Origin: Planctomycetota bacterium
Lineage (GTDB): Bacteria > Planctomycetota > SZUA-567
DNA: 64,000 bases
Assembly (NCBI GenBank): GCA_963675945.1
Contig: OY780932.1
Span: forward strand, 1,640,503 to 1,704,502
Direction of reading: 5' to 3'
The position numbers and the translations under genes are program-made. Below the pieces are notes generated by a model. That model was not told where the DNA came from and searched no databases. It saw only the letters and a list, made by a program, of their open reading frames with translations. This document shows, in pieces, positions 36,149-47,689 of the stretch (the first letter of the stretch is position 1; every line of letters begins with the position of its first letter).

Positions 36149-39100
36149 TTAGGAGTGGCGGCCGGTGACGGTAGCTATGGCCTTATTGATCTGGGCGCGG
36201 GTAAACGGCTTTTGGATAAAGACCTCGACCCCGGCTGTCAGCAGATCACTGGCGGCGCCGTTGAGGCTGTAACCGCTGGAGAGTATGGCTCGGATATCAG
36301 GATTGATTGCCCGCATAGCGTTGAAGGTATCTTTACCGTCCAGCTTTGGCATGATCATATCAAAGATGACTAAGTCGAATTCTTGCCAGCGTTCTTGGTA
36401 GATTGCCAGTGCCTCTGCTCCATCGGCAGCAGCTGTAACCGTACAACCTTCGTCCTCAAGAATATCGGTCAGCAGGGTGCGGATACTCTCTTCGTCTTCG
36501 ATCACCAAGATGTGCAGTTCGGCGATGTCGTGGGATTGCGGGATAAATTCCTTGACCGTGGTGTCGGCGTCTTTTTCAGTTAGGGGCAGATAGACCCTGA
36601 AGATGGTGCCGATCCCGGGTTCTGAATAGACGTTGATTGCGCCTTGGTGATGTTTGACCGTACCGTAGACGGCGGCCAGTCCCATCCCGGTACCTTTGCC
36701 GAGTTCCTTGGTGGTGAAGAATGGCTCGAATATCCGCTTGAGATCTGCCGGGGCGATTCCGCAGCCGGTATCGCTGATAGATATTTTGAGGTAAGAACCG
36801 GCTGTGATCTCATAAGGTATAGTCTTACAGTATTCTGTATCAAGCATTTCGTTGCTCGTCTCAAAGGTGAGTACACCGCCTTCGGGCATCGCATCCCGGG
36901 CATTGATGGCCAGATTTAACAGGGCGTTTTGCAACATGGAGGGGTCACCGATAACCGTAGTGACCTCGGTGTTGAAGAAGGTTCGTAGTTCGATTCGTTT
37001 GTCTATGGTGTGCTTGAGAATCGAGGTGACCTCGTGGATAATATCCTGGATGTTGACCGGTATGGCTTGGCATTGAGCTTTACGGGAAAAAGCAAGTAAT
37101 TGCTGGGTTAGGTCTGCAGATTTATTGGCGGCGCTGATAATTGCTTGAATATACTTCTCCTGTCTTTCGGCATTGTCTTCATAAAGCAGCATATCGGCAT
37201 AACCTAATATTCCGGTCAATTGATTATTGAAGTCATGGGCAACCCCACCGGCGAGCTGGCCGATAGCGTCCATCTTCTCGGTCTGGCGGATACGTTCTTC
37301 CAACTGGCGATGTTGGGTTATGTCCATATGGGTTCCGCACATACGCAGCGGTTGACCGTTGCTATCACGTTCTACAACTCTGCCCCGGCTCAGTACCCAG
37401 ATCCAGTCGCCGTTCTTATGCTGCAGCCGGTACTGCATACTGTAGTGTTCGGTCTCGCCTTGCATATATTGGTTCAGAGCTTCCTTGACCTCCGGCATAT
37501 CATCGGGATGGAGCAACTTTTCCCAGGAACTTATATATGGAGCAACATCTGTGGGTTTATAGCCGAGCATCTCGACCCAGCGCTCATCAAACCATAGCTT
37601 CCCACTGCTAATATCCAGATCCCAAGCTCCAAGATCGCCGCCTTTCAGCGCCATTTCTGTCCGTTCTTCACTGGCCTTGAGGTTTGCTTCGGCCTTGAAT
37701 TTGGAGAGTGCTACAGCCAGGTATTCAGTCAGACGCTCCCACTGATGGATCAAATCAAGAGTAAAACGATTGTACTGTTTATCATTGAGTTGCAGCAGAC
37801 CATACCGTTCACTTCCGGATCGCAAGGGGAGCAGCGCTACTGATTCATAACCTGAACCATTGCAGCGGTTGCGGGTATTGGCTTGCCTTTGGGCGGCGGT
37901 AGTGCTGGCGAGAAGCTCGGTTGTGCAGTTCGACCAGAAGCTGCCGCGTTCGGTGAAAAACGGCAGGGCAGGGTCGAATCTGCCGCAGATGACATTGCCG
38001 CACATGCACTCAAGCATCGGTTCGCCATTCTGATCACAGACGGCTCTGCCGTCAACATCATAGGAGCAGAGTTTGTTCTCCAACTTTACGAATTCGGCTG
38101 GGAAGCCATGGGTCTCGTAATATGGATAATCCACCCCGTCCTTCAAGCGAATACCTACTGCCTCACAACCGGATATCTGTTGAAAAAATGCTGTGGCTGA
38201 TTGAATCAGTTCCTTGAGCGATTTGCTGTTATTGACCAGCCCGAGAAATTCAATTGCCCAGTCACGCTCTAGCTCCCACATTTTACGGTCTGAGATATCC
38301 GTAATCAGGGTAATCACTGCCGGGGGGTCTTCGTCGGGGAGTAGAGAGTATACCTTATGTACCCACGCAATCTTTTTATCCTTGCAGATAAAGCGGTTTT
38401 CGATTTCGAAATCTGTGATCTCGCCGTTAAGCAAACGCTGAATTTTTCTGAGGTTGGCATTACGGTCATCCGGATGAATAAATGAAAAAAAGGGATTACT
38501 ACGGATTTCCGCTTCGCTGTAACCGAGTATCCGGCAGAAGGCCGGGTTGCACTGGATTATTGAGCCTTCCGCGGTCTCAATGACAATACCCAGAGCCGCG
38601 TATTTATAGATACGGCCAAAGCGCTCTTCCAGACGATGGCGCAGTTTGCGCTCTTTATGTACACGCTTGGCAATTTCCCGTAAGTCATTCTGAGGCGTAT
38701 TCAGTCTTTTGGTTAATTCGACATTGGTCATAGCCACCGAGGCGGCATCGGCAAGGCTGAACAGAATTTCCAACTCCTGTTGGGTTGCAGTATGGGGCTG
38801 CGCCCAGTAGGCGCCGATTGCTGCTACCGGATCTGTCCGGCGCACTGGAGCCATGGCCAGACTTTTGACAAAGGTTGGACGGTAGGCATCAGCAGGTATA
38901 CGCGCGTCTGCAAAGATGTCAGGGATAATGACCTCCCGTTTGTTGAGCATTACCCAGCCGGAGATGCAGATACTCATGGGGAAGCGTTTGCCTTTCCACA
39001 AGGGAGCGATCGCATCCTCTTCCGCATAATAACACTGATCACCGTCACGCAGGACAAAGGTAACTCCATCGGCACCGATTGTCTCACGTGCGGTTACTTT

Positions 39101-39220
39101 GACAATATCCATGACCGCCTGCAGGGTCTTAGCCGAAGCAAGCTCGCGAATGGCAGAGGCAAGATTGATATCTATGTTCATATGAATCTCCCAAGCTCTA
39201 ATTTTAGTAACACAAAACAC
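36149..39220 (-). CDS. hybrid sensor histidine kinase (GAF and PAS sensor domains, HisKA, HATPase_c, C-terminal REC)
   Basis: H-box [15 protein letters not shown], an ATPase domain, and the receiver motif [14 protein letters not shown]. An alternative start at 39181 (MNIDINL) is possible. Confidence 0.8.
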   Translation of the reverse strand: MFCVTKIRAWEIHMNIDINLASAIRELASAKTLQAVMDIVKVTARETIGADGVTFVLRDGDQCYYAEEDAIAPLWKGKRFPMSICISGWVMLNKREVIIPDIFADARIPADAYRPTFVKSLAMAPVRRTDPVAAIGAYWAQPHTATQQELEILFSLADAASVAMTNVELTKRLNTPQNDLREIAKRVHKERKLRHRLEERFGRIYKYAALGIVIETAEGSIIQCNPAFCRILGYSEAEIRSNPFFSFIHPDDRNANLRKIQRLLNGEITDFEIENRFICKDKKIAWVHKVYSLLPDEDPPAVITLITDISDRKMWELERDWAIEFLGLVNNSKSLKELIQSATAFFQQISGCEAVGIRLKDGVDYPYYETHGFPAEFVKLENKLCSYDVDGRAVCDQNGEPMLECMCGNVICGRFDPALPFFTERGSFWSNCTTELLASTTAAQRQANTRNRCNGSGYESVALLPLRSGSERYGLLQLNDKQYNRFTLDLIHQWERLTEYLAVALSKFKAEANLKASEERTEMALKGGDLGAWDLDISSGKLWFDERWVEMLGYKPTDVAPYISSWEKLLHPDDMPEVKEALNQYMQGETEHYSMQYRLQHKNGDWIWVLSRGRVVERDSNGQPLRMCGTHMDITQHRQLEERIRQTEKMDAIGQLAGGVAHDFNNQLTGILGYADMLLYEDNAERQEKYIQAIISAANKSADLTQQLLAFSRKAQCQAIPVNIQDIIHEVTSILKHTIDKRIELRTFFNTEVTTVIGDPSMLQNALLNLAINARDAMPEGGVLTFETSNEMLDTEYCKTIPYEITAGSYLKISISDTGCGIAPADLKRIFEPFFTTKELGKGTGMGLAAVYGTVKHHQGAINVYSEPGIGTIFRVYLPLTEKDADTTVKEFIPQSHDIAELHILVIEDEESIRTLLTDILEDEGCTVTAAADGAEALAIYQERWQEFDLVIFDMIMPKLDGKDTFNAMRAINPDIRAILSSGYSLNGAASDLLTAGVEVFIQKPFTRAQINKAIATVTGRHS

Positions 39221-39788
39221 ACTGCCCTATATTTAATTGTAAGATCAAAATTCGGATTAGTCTATCAATTTTTCTAAATATGATTATTATATTTTTCTAA
39301 CTGTCAGCAAATATTAGGGTAGAAAGGTTGGATACAGAAATTTTGGCGGACATATGGTTAAAAAAAATTGAGGAAATGCAGGTGGCTTACAGACTGTGGT
39401 GCGGTAAAACAAGGGATTAGATGATTTAATCCCGGTGATGTTTAAATTTATATCCTGAACTCAAGATCGGGCGCATATTTGATCATATGACAATAACGTT
39501 GTTTCTGATATTATTGTAAAATAGTAATAATATTAGTTTTGTTTAAGTATTTTTGAGCAGTGAAGAGTTTTTTATGCGGGAGGAATAGTAAAGGTACGGA
39601 GTTAGAAGAAGGTGGGAGGGATGGTTGAGGTTTGCTACTAGGGTTTGAGACTACGCATAAACTGTAATTATTTTAGAGATAAAATTTGATAAGATTTGTG
39701 AAATTGTGGGTTTATGGAGCAGAGTATTTAGGGTGAGACTTGGGTTGTGATTTGGCATTATGTCGCTATTAGGTCTGATTATAGAACA

Positions 39789-39830
39789 GACAACTCCCTG
39801 GTTGTTGGCCGGGGAGTTGTCTGTTTTTTT
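39789..39830 (+). terminator. strong plus-strand rho-independent terminator hairpin in a region with no annotated plus-strand gene
   Basis: Stem acagacaactccc / gggagttgtctgt of 13 bp, followed by TTTTTTT. Confidence 0.5.
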
Positions 39831-39952
39831 GGTTAAAGATCACTACCTTTGCGCGGGCTAAGTGTGAGTTATATTGATATTTCCGCTTACGGCTTAGGAC
39901 TCGAACAACTGCGGTAAGGGTTGTTCACCTTAAAGGCGCATGTAACGAGCGT

Positions 39953-40930
39953 TTAGAGGCTGGTGCGCGGCGCACCGGCTGTAAACAGACGGTAGAGCAG
40001 GTAGCAGACAGCGATTACGATGACTGCACCTATAACCCCTGCTATTCCGGTAGAGATAGCCGGGTTGGTAATACTGGTGAGGCTATAGTCAGGCAGTGGG
40101 GAACTGGTCCAGAGCTCCTTGATGCGGTCGATAAAGCCCATGTCCTCGGCAACTCGTTCCAGACCATCCGGTGAAGATGAGGCGAAGGGACTGAGGAAGG
40201 CTGCAAGCAGGAAGGAGAGACCGACACCGATCAGGGCTATCGGCCAGATCCGTGACGGACGGTGGCTGGAAGGAGCGAGCTTGGAGAAGCCTGTCCAGTC
40301 TGGAAGGAGATCCGGGCGGGAATAGGCAACGGCTCCGACGATGGCGCAGGAGATCAGACCCTCGCCGATACCGATGAGCGCGTGGGTACCGACCATTGCT
40401 GGCAGCCCTGCCGCAAGCGGAACGCTACCGGAAAGCGCCAGCTCAATACTGCAGGCGATTGAGGCGAGAATTACCGAAGCCCAACTGGCAATACCGACGG
40501 CTCCGAGAAATCCGACACGGTTTTTTGGTAAGAAGAGCATTAGACCGCGGAGAACACCGTAGCCGACAAAGCCGCCGATTACACCCATATTGAAAAGATT
40601 GGCTCCCAGAGCAATTATACCTCCGTCAGCAAAGGCGAAGGCCTGAACCGCCAGCACGCTGAGCATGATCAGAAAAGCACGGCAGGGGCCGAAGAGTGCA
40701 GCCATGGCCAGGGCGCCGAGAAAGTGGCCGCTGGTGCCGGAAGCTACCGGGAAGTTGAGCATCTGGGCTGAGAAGACTACACCAGCAGCAGTAGCTGGGA
40801 GTAGGCTTGAGCCCTTGGCCTTGCTTTGACCCTGGCGAATCTTGGCAATACTCAGGCCAAGAGCGCCCAGCGAGACTGCCGCTGTAGTCATACTTACGGG
40901 AAGTGAACAGAAACCATCAGGAATATGCAT
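39953..40930 (-). CDS. cbiM: CbiM/NikM-family ECF-transporter substrate-capture (S) component fused to a C-terminal PDGLE domain
   Basis: N-terminal MHIPDGF metal-binding signature, multiple TM helices, and a C-terminal SPDGLERVAED...TM segment. 325 aa. Confidence 0.75.
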   Translation of the reverse strand: MHIPDGFCSLPVSMTTAAVSLGALGLSIAKIRQGQSKAKGSSLLPATAAGVVFSAQMLNFPVASGTSGHFLGALAMAALFGPCRAFLIMLSVLAVQAFAFADGGIIALGANLFNMGVIGGFVGYGVLRGLMLFLPKNRVGFLGAVGIASWASVILASIACSIELALSGSVPLAAGLPAMVGTHALIGIGEGLISCAIVGAVAYSRPDLLPDWTGFSKLAPSSHRPSRIWPIALIGVGLSFLLAAFLSPFASSSPDGLERVAEDMGFIDRIKELWTSSPLPDYSLTSITNPAISTGIAGVIGAVIVIAVCYLLYRLFTAGAPRTSL

Positions 40931-41156
40931 TTTTTTTCTCCTATCAGAAAGGTGTGGAATTAGTTCGATCCGTTGATTCCTTGAGTTACTTGTATTACAT
41001 CTCCAATAATACCTAAAATAATGATGAAGAAAAGGTTTTTTTGTGAAATAAAATTAAGTTTGTCGACTTGTCTTGCTGTAGGCTGGGTGGGCGGTATTGG
41101 CTAAATATACCAGGTTACGACGTGAGAGACGGTTGGGAGTCAGATCAGGTATGGGC

Positions 41157-43862
41157 TTATGGGTTTGGATTATCCGGGTCGAGATCTGGGATATCCTGTA
41201 TCTGGGTGTCTTGAGGAATCTTGGTAACGCAGCGATTGCGACCCTGTTCCTTAGCGTAGTATAATCTTCTATCGGCGCGTTTGAAGAGGGTATCCTCATC
41301 GTCATTTGCTTTAACCTCGGCAATACCGATACTTACCGTAAGTTTTTTTTCTTGGTTTAGTTTGAGTTCGGACTCGATTTGCTGGCGGATCTTCTCGGCA
41401 AGGGTGGCTGCGTTATTCAGGTCGGTGTTGGTAAGGAGGATGACAAACTCCTCTCCGCCGATACGGAAGATATAGTCGGTCTTGCGGATAATTGATCTGA
41501 GCAGCTGGCTGAAGGTGATCAGTATGCTGTCACCGGCCTTGTGACCGCAGGTGTCGTTGATCTCTTTGAAGTGATCGATGTCGAGTATCAGCATGGTAAA
41601 GGTGGTGCTGTAGCGGTTGCACTGGGCAATGAGTTCGTTTATCCGTTCGTTGTAGGCCTTGCGGTTTGGGAGTTGGGTGAGTTCGTCGGTATAGGATTGG
41701 GTCTTTATTATCTCAAAGGCGGTGTGCAGTTCGGTGAGGTCGATACTGGTCATCAGGTACTCGGTTTTATTCGGCATCAGTACTATCGATGATCTGATGA
41801 TGCGGGAGGCTCCATCTTTGCGGATATACTCCATCTCGAAATCTTCGACATATCCCTTCTGCAGTACATCATTATAGACACATTTGGTGCGGTCTACATT
41901 ATTTTGGAGTATCAGGTCGTAACAGTGCATCAAGGTAAGTTCTTCCTCAGAATAGCCTAGAAGTTCGCAGAACTTCTTGTTTACCCGTTTGAATCTGGTG
42001 TCCAACCCCAGCAGGGCGATACCTTCCAGTGCGTTATTGAAGATGGTTGAGAACTCATCCCGGCTGCGGATAATGACGCGTTCGGCTTCTTTCTGCGAGC
42101 TGATATCACGCTGAGAGGCGTAGATATAGAGTTTGCCTTCAAGTTCTATGACTTTGGTGTTAATCTGGACGTCAAAGAGTGAGCCGTCCTTGCGGCGGTG
42201 GATGGTCTCAAAGGTTCTTTGCGTGTCAACCCCTTCCTCCAAGAATTCCTTAAAGCTAGTGAAACCGGTACGCGTCAGATCCTGATCCCAGTCAGTGAGG
42301 TTGAGGTTGTACGCTTCGTCCAGGGTGTAACCGAGATTTTGGGCAAAGGAGATACTGCACTCAAGGATATTACCGTGCGCATCGAGAACGTGGATACCAT
42401 CGGCAGCGTTTTCCAGCAGACTCTTGTATTTCTGTTGGGATATAATATCTTTGGTGACATCCTGATTGGTGCCGATAAGGCGCAGCGGTTCAGCGGATTC
42501 GGAGAATTCGTTGATCCAGAAGATATTGATGCATTTACGCTTCCCGCCCGGGGTTGTTATCCAGAAGTTAGAGCTATTCTCTACCTCCCCGTTATCCAGA
42601 TCTGCCATAAGCATATCTTTAATTCTCTGCTGATCATCCTGGTCGATATAATTCCACCAGGATTCCAGCGTAATTTCTGAGTTAGGGTTGAACTCATATA
42701 TCCGGTGCATCTGTGCATCCCAGGTTACTTCCTGGGTTTGCAGATTCAGCTCCCAGATTCCGAGTTTCGAGGCCTTGAGCGCAAGATTATTACGGAGTTG
42801 GAGGTGCCGGAGATGCTCGTTGAGGCTTGTGACCTTGTCCAGATTGAGCAGGGTGCGGCTGAAGATCTTGATGATGAAGAAGGTTAGGACGAGTGAGAGG
42901 ATAAATACCAGGAGCGAGATGGTGAGGTAATGGTTTTGGCTATTCTTCTCCTGCGACTCAATATAGGATTGCTTGAGCTGGAGAATCAGGATCAGACCTC
43001 CTGTGATGGGCAGGTCGAGCTTGCGGGAGACAAAGGAACTGTTGGTGTATATTTGGTTATTCTCTATCTCTTGAAAGTGCTGGGGGAATTCGGTAGAGAT
43101 ATTGTACGTCGGATACTGAAAACGCCCCCAACAGCGCGAGTGATCATTATTGAAGTGCTGGTAATGGAAGATGGTATAGCCTGCATCGTCGCAGAGTATC
43201 ATATCGTAGAGTGGGGTGTAAGTCAGTTGTTCAATCAGCTCTTCGACAAAGTAATTGATGATCAGGATGCCGGCGAATTCACCATTCTGCTCTACCGGGA
43301 GGGTGGCTCTGAAGGTCGGCCGGTGTGGCACCTCGATCTGGTTGTTCTCGCTATTGAGGTCGAAGGCGGAGAACCAGACCTGTTCAAGGGGGTTAGTCTG
43401 TGAATCGGTGAAGAAGTAACGCTCAACTTTATCTTGAAGCTCGGCAGCGGCTACGGGGTGGACGGGAGAACCGTGACTCTGCCGGTCTATGCGAAGCTGT
43501 TCTCTACCCTGGCGGTCGATAAAACGGAGTTTCATGATGTCGGGATTGGCGGCGCCGATGGTCATAAATAACGCTTCCAAATTGGATTTGGTTCCAGCAT
43601 TATCCGGGTTCTGGAGGTAGGCGGTGAAGAAGTCTGACTGGCGCACAGCCATAAGGTGTTCAGCAGCACTGTCGAGGAAGGAACGGAGTACAGCTTCACG
43701 TTCCTTACTCTTGTTTACGGCATTATCCAGAGCAACTGTCTGGGCTCCCTTTTCAAAGAAGAGATCCTCCATAATCATGATGGCTAGGGAGAGTATCAGC
43801 GAGAAGGTGATGAAGATAATTATTAGCTGTTTTATATTATTGTCACTAGTAGCAGTTTTCAT
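41157..43862 (-). CDS. membrane sensor diguanylate cyclase (periplasmic Cache-like domain, 2 PAS domains, GGDEF)
   Basis: Active-site motif RIGGEEFVILL, N-terminal TM-periplasmic-TM topology; 901 aa. Confidence 0.8.
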   Translation of the reverse strand: MKTATSDNNIKQLIIIFITFSLILSLAIMIMEDLFFEKGAQTVALDNAVNKSKEREAVLRSFLDSAAEHLMAVRQSDFFTAYLQNPDNAGTKSNLEALFMTIGAANPDIMKLRFIDRQGREQLRIDRQSHGSPVHPVAAAELQDKVERYFFTDSQTNPLEQVWFSAFDLNSENNQIEVPHRPTFRATLPVEQNGEFAGILIINYFVEELIEQLTYTPLYDMILCDDAGYTIFHYQHFNNDHSRCWGRFQYPTYNISTEFPQHFQEIENNQIYTNSSFVSRKLDLPITGGLILILQLKQSYIESQEKNSQNHYLTISLLVFILSLVLTFFIIKIFSRTLLNLDKVTSLNEHLRHLQLRNNLALKASKLGIWELNLQTQEVTWDAQMHRIYEFNPNSEITLESWWNYIDQDDQQRIKDMLMADLDNGEVENSSNFWITTPGGKRKCINIFWINEFSESAEPLRLIGTNQDVTKDIISQQKYKSLLENAADGIHVLDAHGNILECSISFAQNLGYTLDEAYNLNLTDWDQDLTRTGFTSFKEFLEEGVDTQRTFETIHRRKDGSLFDVQINTKVIELEGKLYIYASQRDISSQKEAERVIIRSRDEFSTIFNNALEGIALLGLDTRFKRVNKKFCELLGYSEEELTLMHCYDLILQNNVDRTKCVYNDVLQKGYVEDFEMEYIRKDGASRIIRSSIVLMPNKTEYLMTSIDLTELHTAFEIIKTQSYTDELTQLPNRKAYNERINELIAQCNRYSTTFTMLILDIDHFKEINDTCGHKAGDSILITFSQLLRSIIRKTDYIFRIGGEEFVILLTNTDLNNAATLAEKIRQQIESELKLNQEKKLTVSIGIAEVKANDDEDTLFKRADRRLYYAKEQGRNRCVTKIPQDTQIQDIPDLDPDNPNP

Positions 43863-44163
43863 TATTCTCTGATCTTTCAGTATTTTATGAACAGTCCTAT
43901 ATAGTATATTTTAGTACAATTTTCCGGGAGATGCAGGCTTTTTTCGGAAAAAATTTATATTTTATTCGCAGAGTAATAAGCTTTGCCAGGATGGGATTGC
44001 AGTATTGCTATCTGTCAGGGGAGGTGTGAGGCGTTGAAGCGTATTCTCACTTCTATTGCCGGATATAGCCCGCCCCGGCTTGGATGGTGCCGGGGCGGGG
44101 TGTATTAGTATCTTTGGTATTCGGATAATCTGTCGCTTGCAAATAATGGGTCAGATTTTAGGG

Positions 44164-45684
44164 TTAGTTCTGGAAGAGTTCGAAGATACCGTTGTCATGG
44201 AGCACGGTATAGACCCGGCGCAGTGCTTCCTTCTTGGCTTTATAGATCTGGATATTTTCAGGATTGGGGGCGGTGGTTCGCTGTATCTTGATGAAGCGGT
44301 CGACGGCGGCAAAGGACGGGAGGGCGCCTACGCCGACACCGCCGATGATGGCGGCACCCATACTGCTGGCGCCTTCGAGTACATTGGGTACCTCGATATG
44401 CCTATTAAAGGTGTCTGCCAGCACCTGGCACCAGAGTTCGCCCTGCGCCCCACCACCGATGGCGCGTACTCGGTCGAAGCTCTGATTGTTGGCGAAGACC
44501 TCGAGAATCAGCCCGAGATTGGCGCTGATACCCTCAATAATCGCTCTGAAGATGTCGGCGCGGGTATGCTCGAGCGAGAGTCCGAGAATGCCGCCCTTAC
44601 TCATGCTGTTCCACCAGGGGCTGCGTTCGCCGAGGAGGTAGGGCATGAAGAGCAGTCCTCTGGCTCCCGGAGGTGAGGTCTCGATGAGGCGGTTGATCAG
44701 CTCATACGGGCTGCTGCTGTTCTTGGCGGCTTCGATGGTCTCGGCATGCGCGAGCTCATCTTTGAGCCAGTTGAAGGAGCGTCCGCCGGTCATCATCGGG
44801 CCGGTCGGCTGGAGCAGACCCTCAATCGGGTGGGCAAGGGTGAAGATTGCCATCTCCGGATCGTCGAGCATCTCGGTGGAGCTGGAAGAGATCCAGGAGG
44901 AGGAACCGAGATTGCAGTAGGTGATCCCGGGTTCTATTGCACCGATACCGATATTCGCTGCGCCTCCGTCGCCGGTACCGGCGACTACCGGGGTGCCGGC
45001 CTTGATCCCGGTGGCTTTGGCGGCCTCGGCGGTTACCTCGCCGATGACTGTGGCTGAGGGGACGGCTTCAGGGTATTTATCCCGGTCGATGCCGGAAGCT
45101 TCGAGGATCGTGTCCGACCAGTCGAGCGTGTTCAGGTCGAAGACCAGCGTGCCTGAAGCATCATTGTAATCCGAATACATGTTACCGGTTAGCCGGAAGT
45201 TGATATAATCTTTGGCTTGGAGAAATTTGTAGGTCTGATCATAGATGTCGCGGGCATTCTCCTTGAGCCACATAACTTTGGGGTTGGTCAGGGTCGGGTT
45301 GGGGCGGTGACCGGTGATAGCGTAGATCTCGCGGACTGAGAGCTTCTCCAGAAGTCTGTCGATACTGGTTTTGGCACGTTGGTCGCAATAGAGCATGTGG
45401 TTGGCCAGAGGGGTGCCGTTACGGTCTACCGGCAGACAACCCATCATATGTCCGCTGAAGCAGACAGCGGCGATCTTGTCCGTATCTATCCCCGCCAGTA
45501 GTTCCTGGCTGGATTTGCAGACCGCTTCCCACCAGTCCTGCGGGTTCTGTTCGGCCCAGTTGTCATTGAAATACCTTGATTTGTAGGATTCGGTAATACT
45601 CTTGAGCAGTTCTCCCTCAAGGGAGAAGAGGGTGGCTTTGTTGCCACTGGTACCGAGATCATGGGCGAGGATATACTCTTTCAT
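44164..45684 (-). CDS. FGGY-family carbohydrate kinase (xylulokinase-like)
   Basis: N-terminal AHDLGTSGNKATLF and the FGGY C-terminal domain; 506 aa. Confidence 0.8.
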   Translation of the reverse strand: MKEYILAHDLGTSGNKATLFSLEGELLKSITESYKSRYFNDNWAEQNPQDWWEAVCKSSQELLAGIDTDKIAAVCFSGHMMGCLPVDRNGTPLANHMLYCDQRAKTSIDRLLEKLSVREIYAITGHRPNPTLTNPKVMWLKENARDIYDQTYKFLQAKDYINFRLTGNMYSDYNDASGTLVFDLNTLDWSDTILEASGIDRDKYPEAVPSATVIGEVTAEAAKATGIKAGTPVVAGTGDGGAANIGIGAIEPGITYCNLGSSSWISSSSTEMLDDPEMAIFTLAHPIEGLLQPTGPMMTGGRSFNWLKDELAHAETIEAAKNSSSPYELINRLIETSPPGARGLLFMPYLLGERSPWWNSMSKGGILGLSLEHTRADIFRAIIEGISANLGLILEVFANNQSFDRVRAIGGGAQGELWCQVLADTFNRHIEVPNVLEGASSMGAAIIGGVGVGALPSFAAVDRFIKIQRTTAPNPENIQIYKAKKEALRRVYTVLHDNGIFELFQN

Positions 45685-46531
45685 CGTTGCTGCTCCTTAC
45701 TGTGAAGTCGCAGGGCTGTAGGTTTAGCTAAGCGTATCAGCTCTGTTGGGCTTCTCTGAGATTAATTGTGAATTATTCCGCTAATAGCAAGATATTATAG
45801 TAATACCGCAAAGGGATGACAAGATGTATGTATTAAGATTAGGTGTAAAAACAATCTGGAAGTCGTCTTCTTCCGGGCTGACTAAGGGAGTATGGGGGTA
45901 ATTATGATAAAACTAAAGGACACCTGCGGGATGCGAGGGTGCCCTTTAGTATGCTCGCCTTATTTGTCTGCCATGTTGCTTCCCCGCCCCGTGACATTCA
46001 TAACGAGCCATATGTTTTATTATAGCACTTTATAAACCCTATGCAAGAAAAGATTGCTGGCAAGATTGGTATATTTGAGTAATATGCTGGTTTTATCAGG
46101 GTTTTGTACTTAATTTTTTTTTTAGATATCTACTTAGCTAAAGCTATTGTGGCTATAACTTATTTTATACTAAGTTGTTAGGTGATTGCTGGCTGTGGAT
46201 TGAAGGCTGGTTTTAATGAGCATAATATCGTGATGTTTTTATCAGTATGACCGGGGTATTTATCTAATTACTGAATTTGTAAGTGCTTATATTAAAAAAC
46301 GGAATGGAGTCAGTAGCTGAGTTGTGAGGTTGTTTTTTCGGTAAAGATTGGGGTGTGGATAGTTAATACCGGCGAATTGGAGTGAGTTTGGCTGTGAGGC
46401 GGTACCGCGTCTGTGTGTGGAAGGCTCAACTATGAGCAGAAATCAGAATTCTTAAGGGAGTTATTTCGGGCTATTGCCGATAGAGTATAGAACTTATTAT
46501 TAATATTTAAACAGTATAGGTTAGAGATTCG

Positions 46532-47299
46532 ATGGATAGAAGAGATTTTATCAAGGTGTGCGGCTCGGTTCTGGCGCTTGGCGGACTGGCCGGTTGTAGT
46601 AGTGGCAGTAATACGAATATGAGCAGCAGTTATAGCCAGGAGGTATATAGCGGTGATATCCTCTCGGGAGGGCCGTTTCCGCATAAGCGAGATAGGTATG
46701 CAAGTAACGAGCATTTCTCCCCGAGTACTACCCCGAAGTTGGGGCGTAACGAGGTAAGTCTTGATACTCACACTGCGCCGCAACGAAGTGAGCGTATCCA
46801 GGCTTATTCCCGAAGCAAATGGCAGGCTGAGGATATTATTCCCAGTCGGATGCGGCCGATGAACGGAGTGGAGCGGATAACGGTGCATCATGAAGGAAAC
46901 CCCAGACCCAATATTGCTACCGCCCCGGCAGAGGTTGAGCGGTCGATTCATCAAATTCAGCAGACCCATTTCAGAATCCTGAAAGCTGGGGATATTGCGT
47001 ATCATTATATTATTGACCGCGCCGGGAGAATCTGGCAGGGACGTAATATCAAGTATCAAGGAGCGCACGCGAAGCATAATAATAGTCATAATATCGGTAT
47101 TATGTGCTTGGGAAATTTTGAGATTCAACAGCCTTCATCCTGCCAGGTGGCGACTCTGGAGACACTCTGTCTTCGGCTTATGCAGGGTTATAATATTCCG
47201 GCGAGTAAGCTCTATGGGCATCGGGAACTCAAGAGTACGGCTTGTCCGGGGAAGAATCTCTTCCCTTATGTTAAGAAGATTCGGGCGCTAGCGGTTTAG
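46532..47299 (+). CDS. N-acetylmuramoyl-L-alanine amidase (Amidase_2/PGRP domain, AmiD-like) lipoprotein with Tat-type signal
   Basis: RRDFIK twin-arginine motif plus lipobox LAGC; Amidase_2 zinc-ligand region ITVHHEG...GAHAKHNNSHNIGIMCLGNF...CPG. Confidence 0.75.
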   Translation: MDRRDFIKVCGSVLALGGLAGCSSGSNTNMSSSYSQEVYSGDILSGGPFPHKRDRYASNEHFSPSTTPKLGRNEVSLDTHTAPQRSERIQAYSRSKWQAEDIIPSRMRPMNGVERITVHHEGNPRPNIATAPAEVERSIHQIQQTHFRILKAGDIAYHYIIDRAGRIWQGRNIKYQGAHAKHNNSHNIGIMCLGNFEIQQPSSCQVATLETLCLRLMQGYNIPASKLYGHRELKSTACPGKNLFPYVKKIRALAV

Positions 47300-47314
47300 C
47301 TGGGAGGGTTATAG

Positions 47315-47365
47315 CAGCCAGTAATGCAGTTACTGGCTGAGGCTGCTTCTACAGCCCGCTTTTTA
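47315..47365 (+). terminator. tandem hairpins plus T-run terminator after the amidase gene
   Basis: Stem cagccagtaa / ttactggctg, then a second hairpin ggctg...cagcc followed by CGCTTTTTA. Confidence 0.5.
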
Positions 47366-47452
47366 TCCCTAGATGTTTGAAAATATGAACTGGTGTAATA
47401 TTTTCAGGCATGAGCGTTTTCCGTTAGTACGCATGCGAATTCCGAACTGATA

Positions 47453-47476
47453 GAGAAATTGCGTAGGCAATTTCTT
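47453..47476. promoter_or_regulatory. palindromic site GAAATTGCGTAGGCAATTTC (copy 1 of 2)
   Basis: Arms aaattgc / gcaattt with a gtag spacer; an almost identical copy lies at 47690..47713. Confidence 0.45.
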
Positions 47477-47689
47477 GTTTGATTATAAGTATGGGTTACT
47501 GGTTTAGCGTAAGATTATAGGTGTAGCTGGTTAGCGAAAGGGTATAGGCCTGCGGGTTGAGGTTTTAGGCTGGCTGGAGTCCGGGCTTTGCGCAGGGCTA
47601 ATATCTTGACTTAACCGCTACTCTGCTTACGCTTACATTCTCAGCCACTGCTCGCCAAGCAGGCGACCTGTGTAGTGTTTCAGCGAAAT

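Noticed and set aside
40931-41156. Expected cobalamin or NiCo riboswitch upstream of cbiM
   Set aside because: Only 226 bp are available, and no B12-box-like (gccactg) or other recognisable riboswitch core was seen by eye. It cannot be supported without a covariance-model search.
46430-47128. 232-aa minus-strand ORF overlapping the amidase gene
   Set aside because: It is antisense to a gene with clear Tat/lipobox and Amidase_2 motifs, so it is a shadow ORF.
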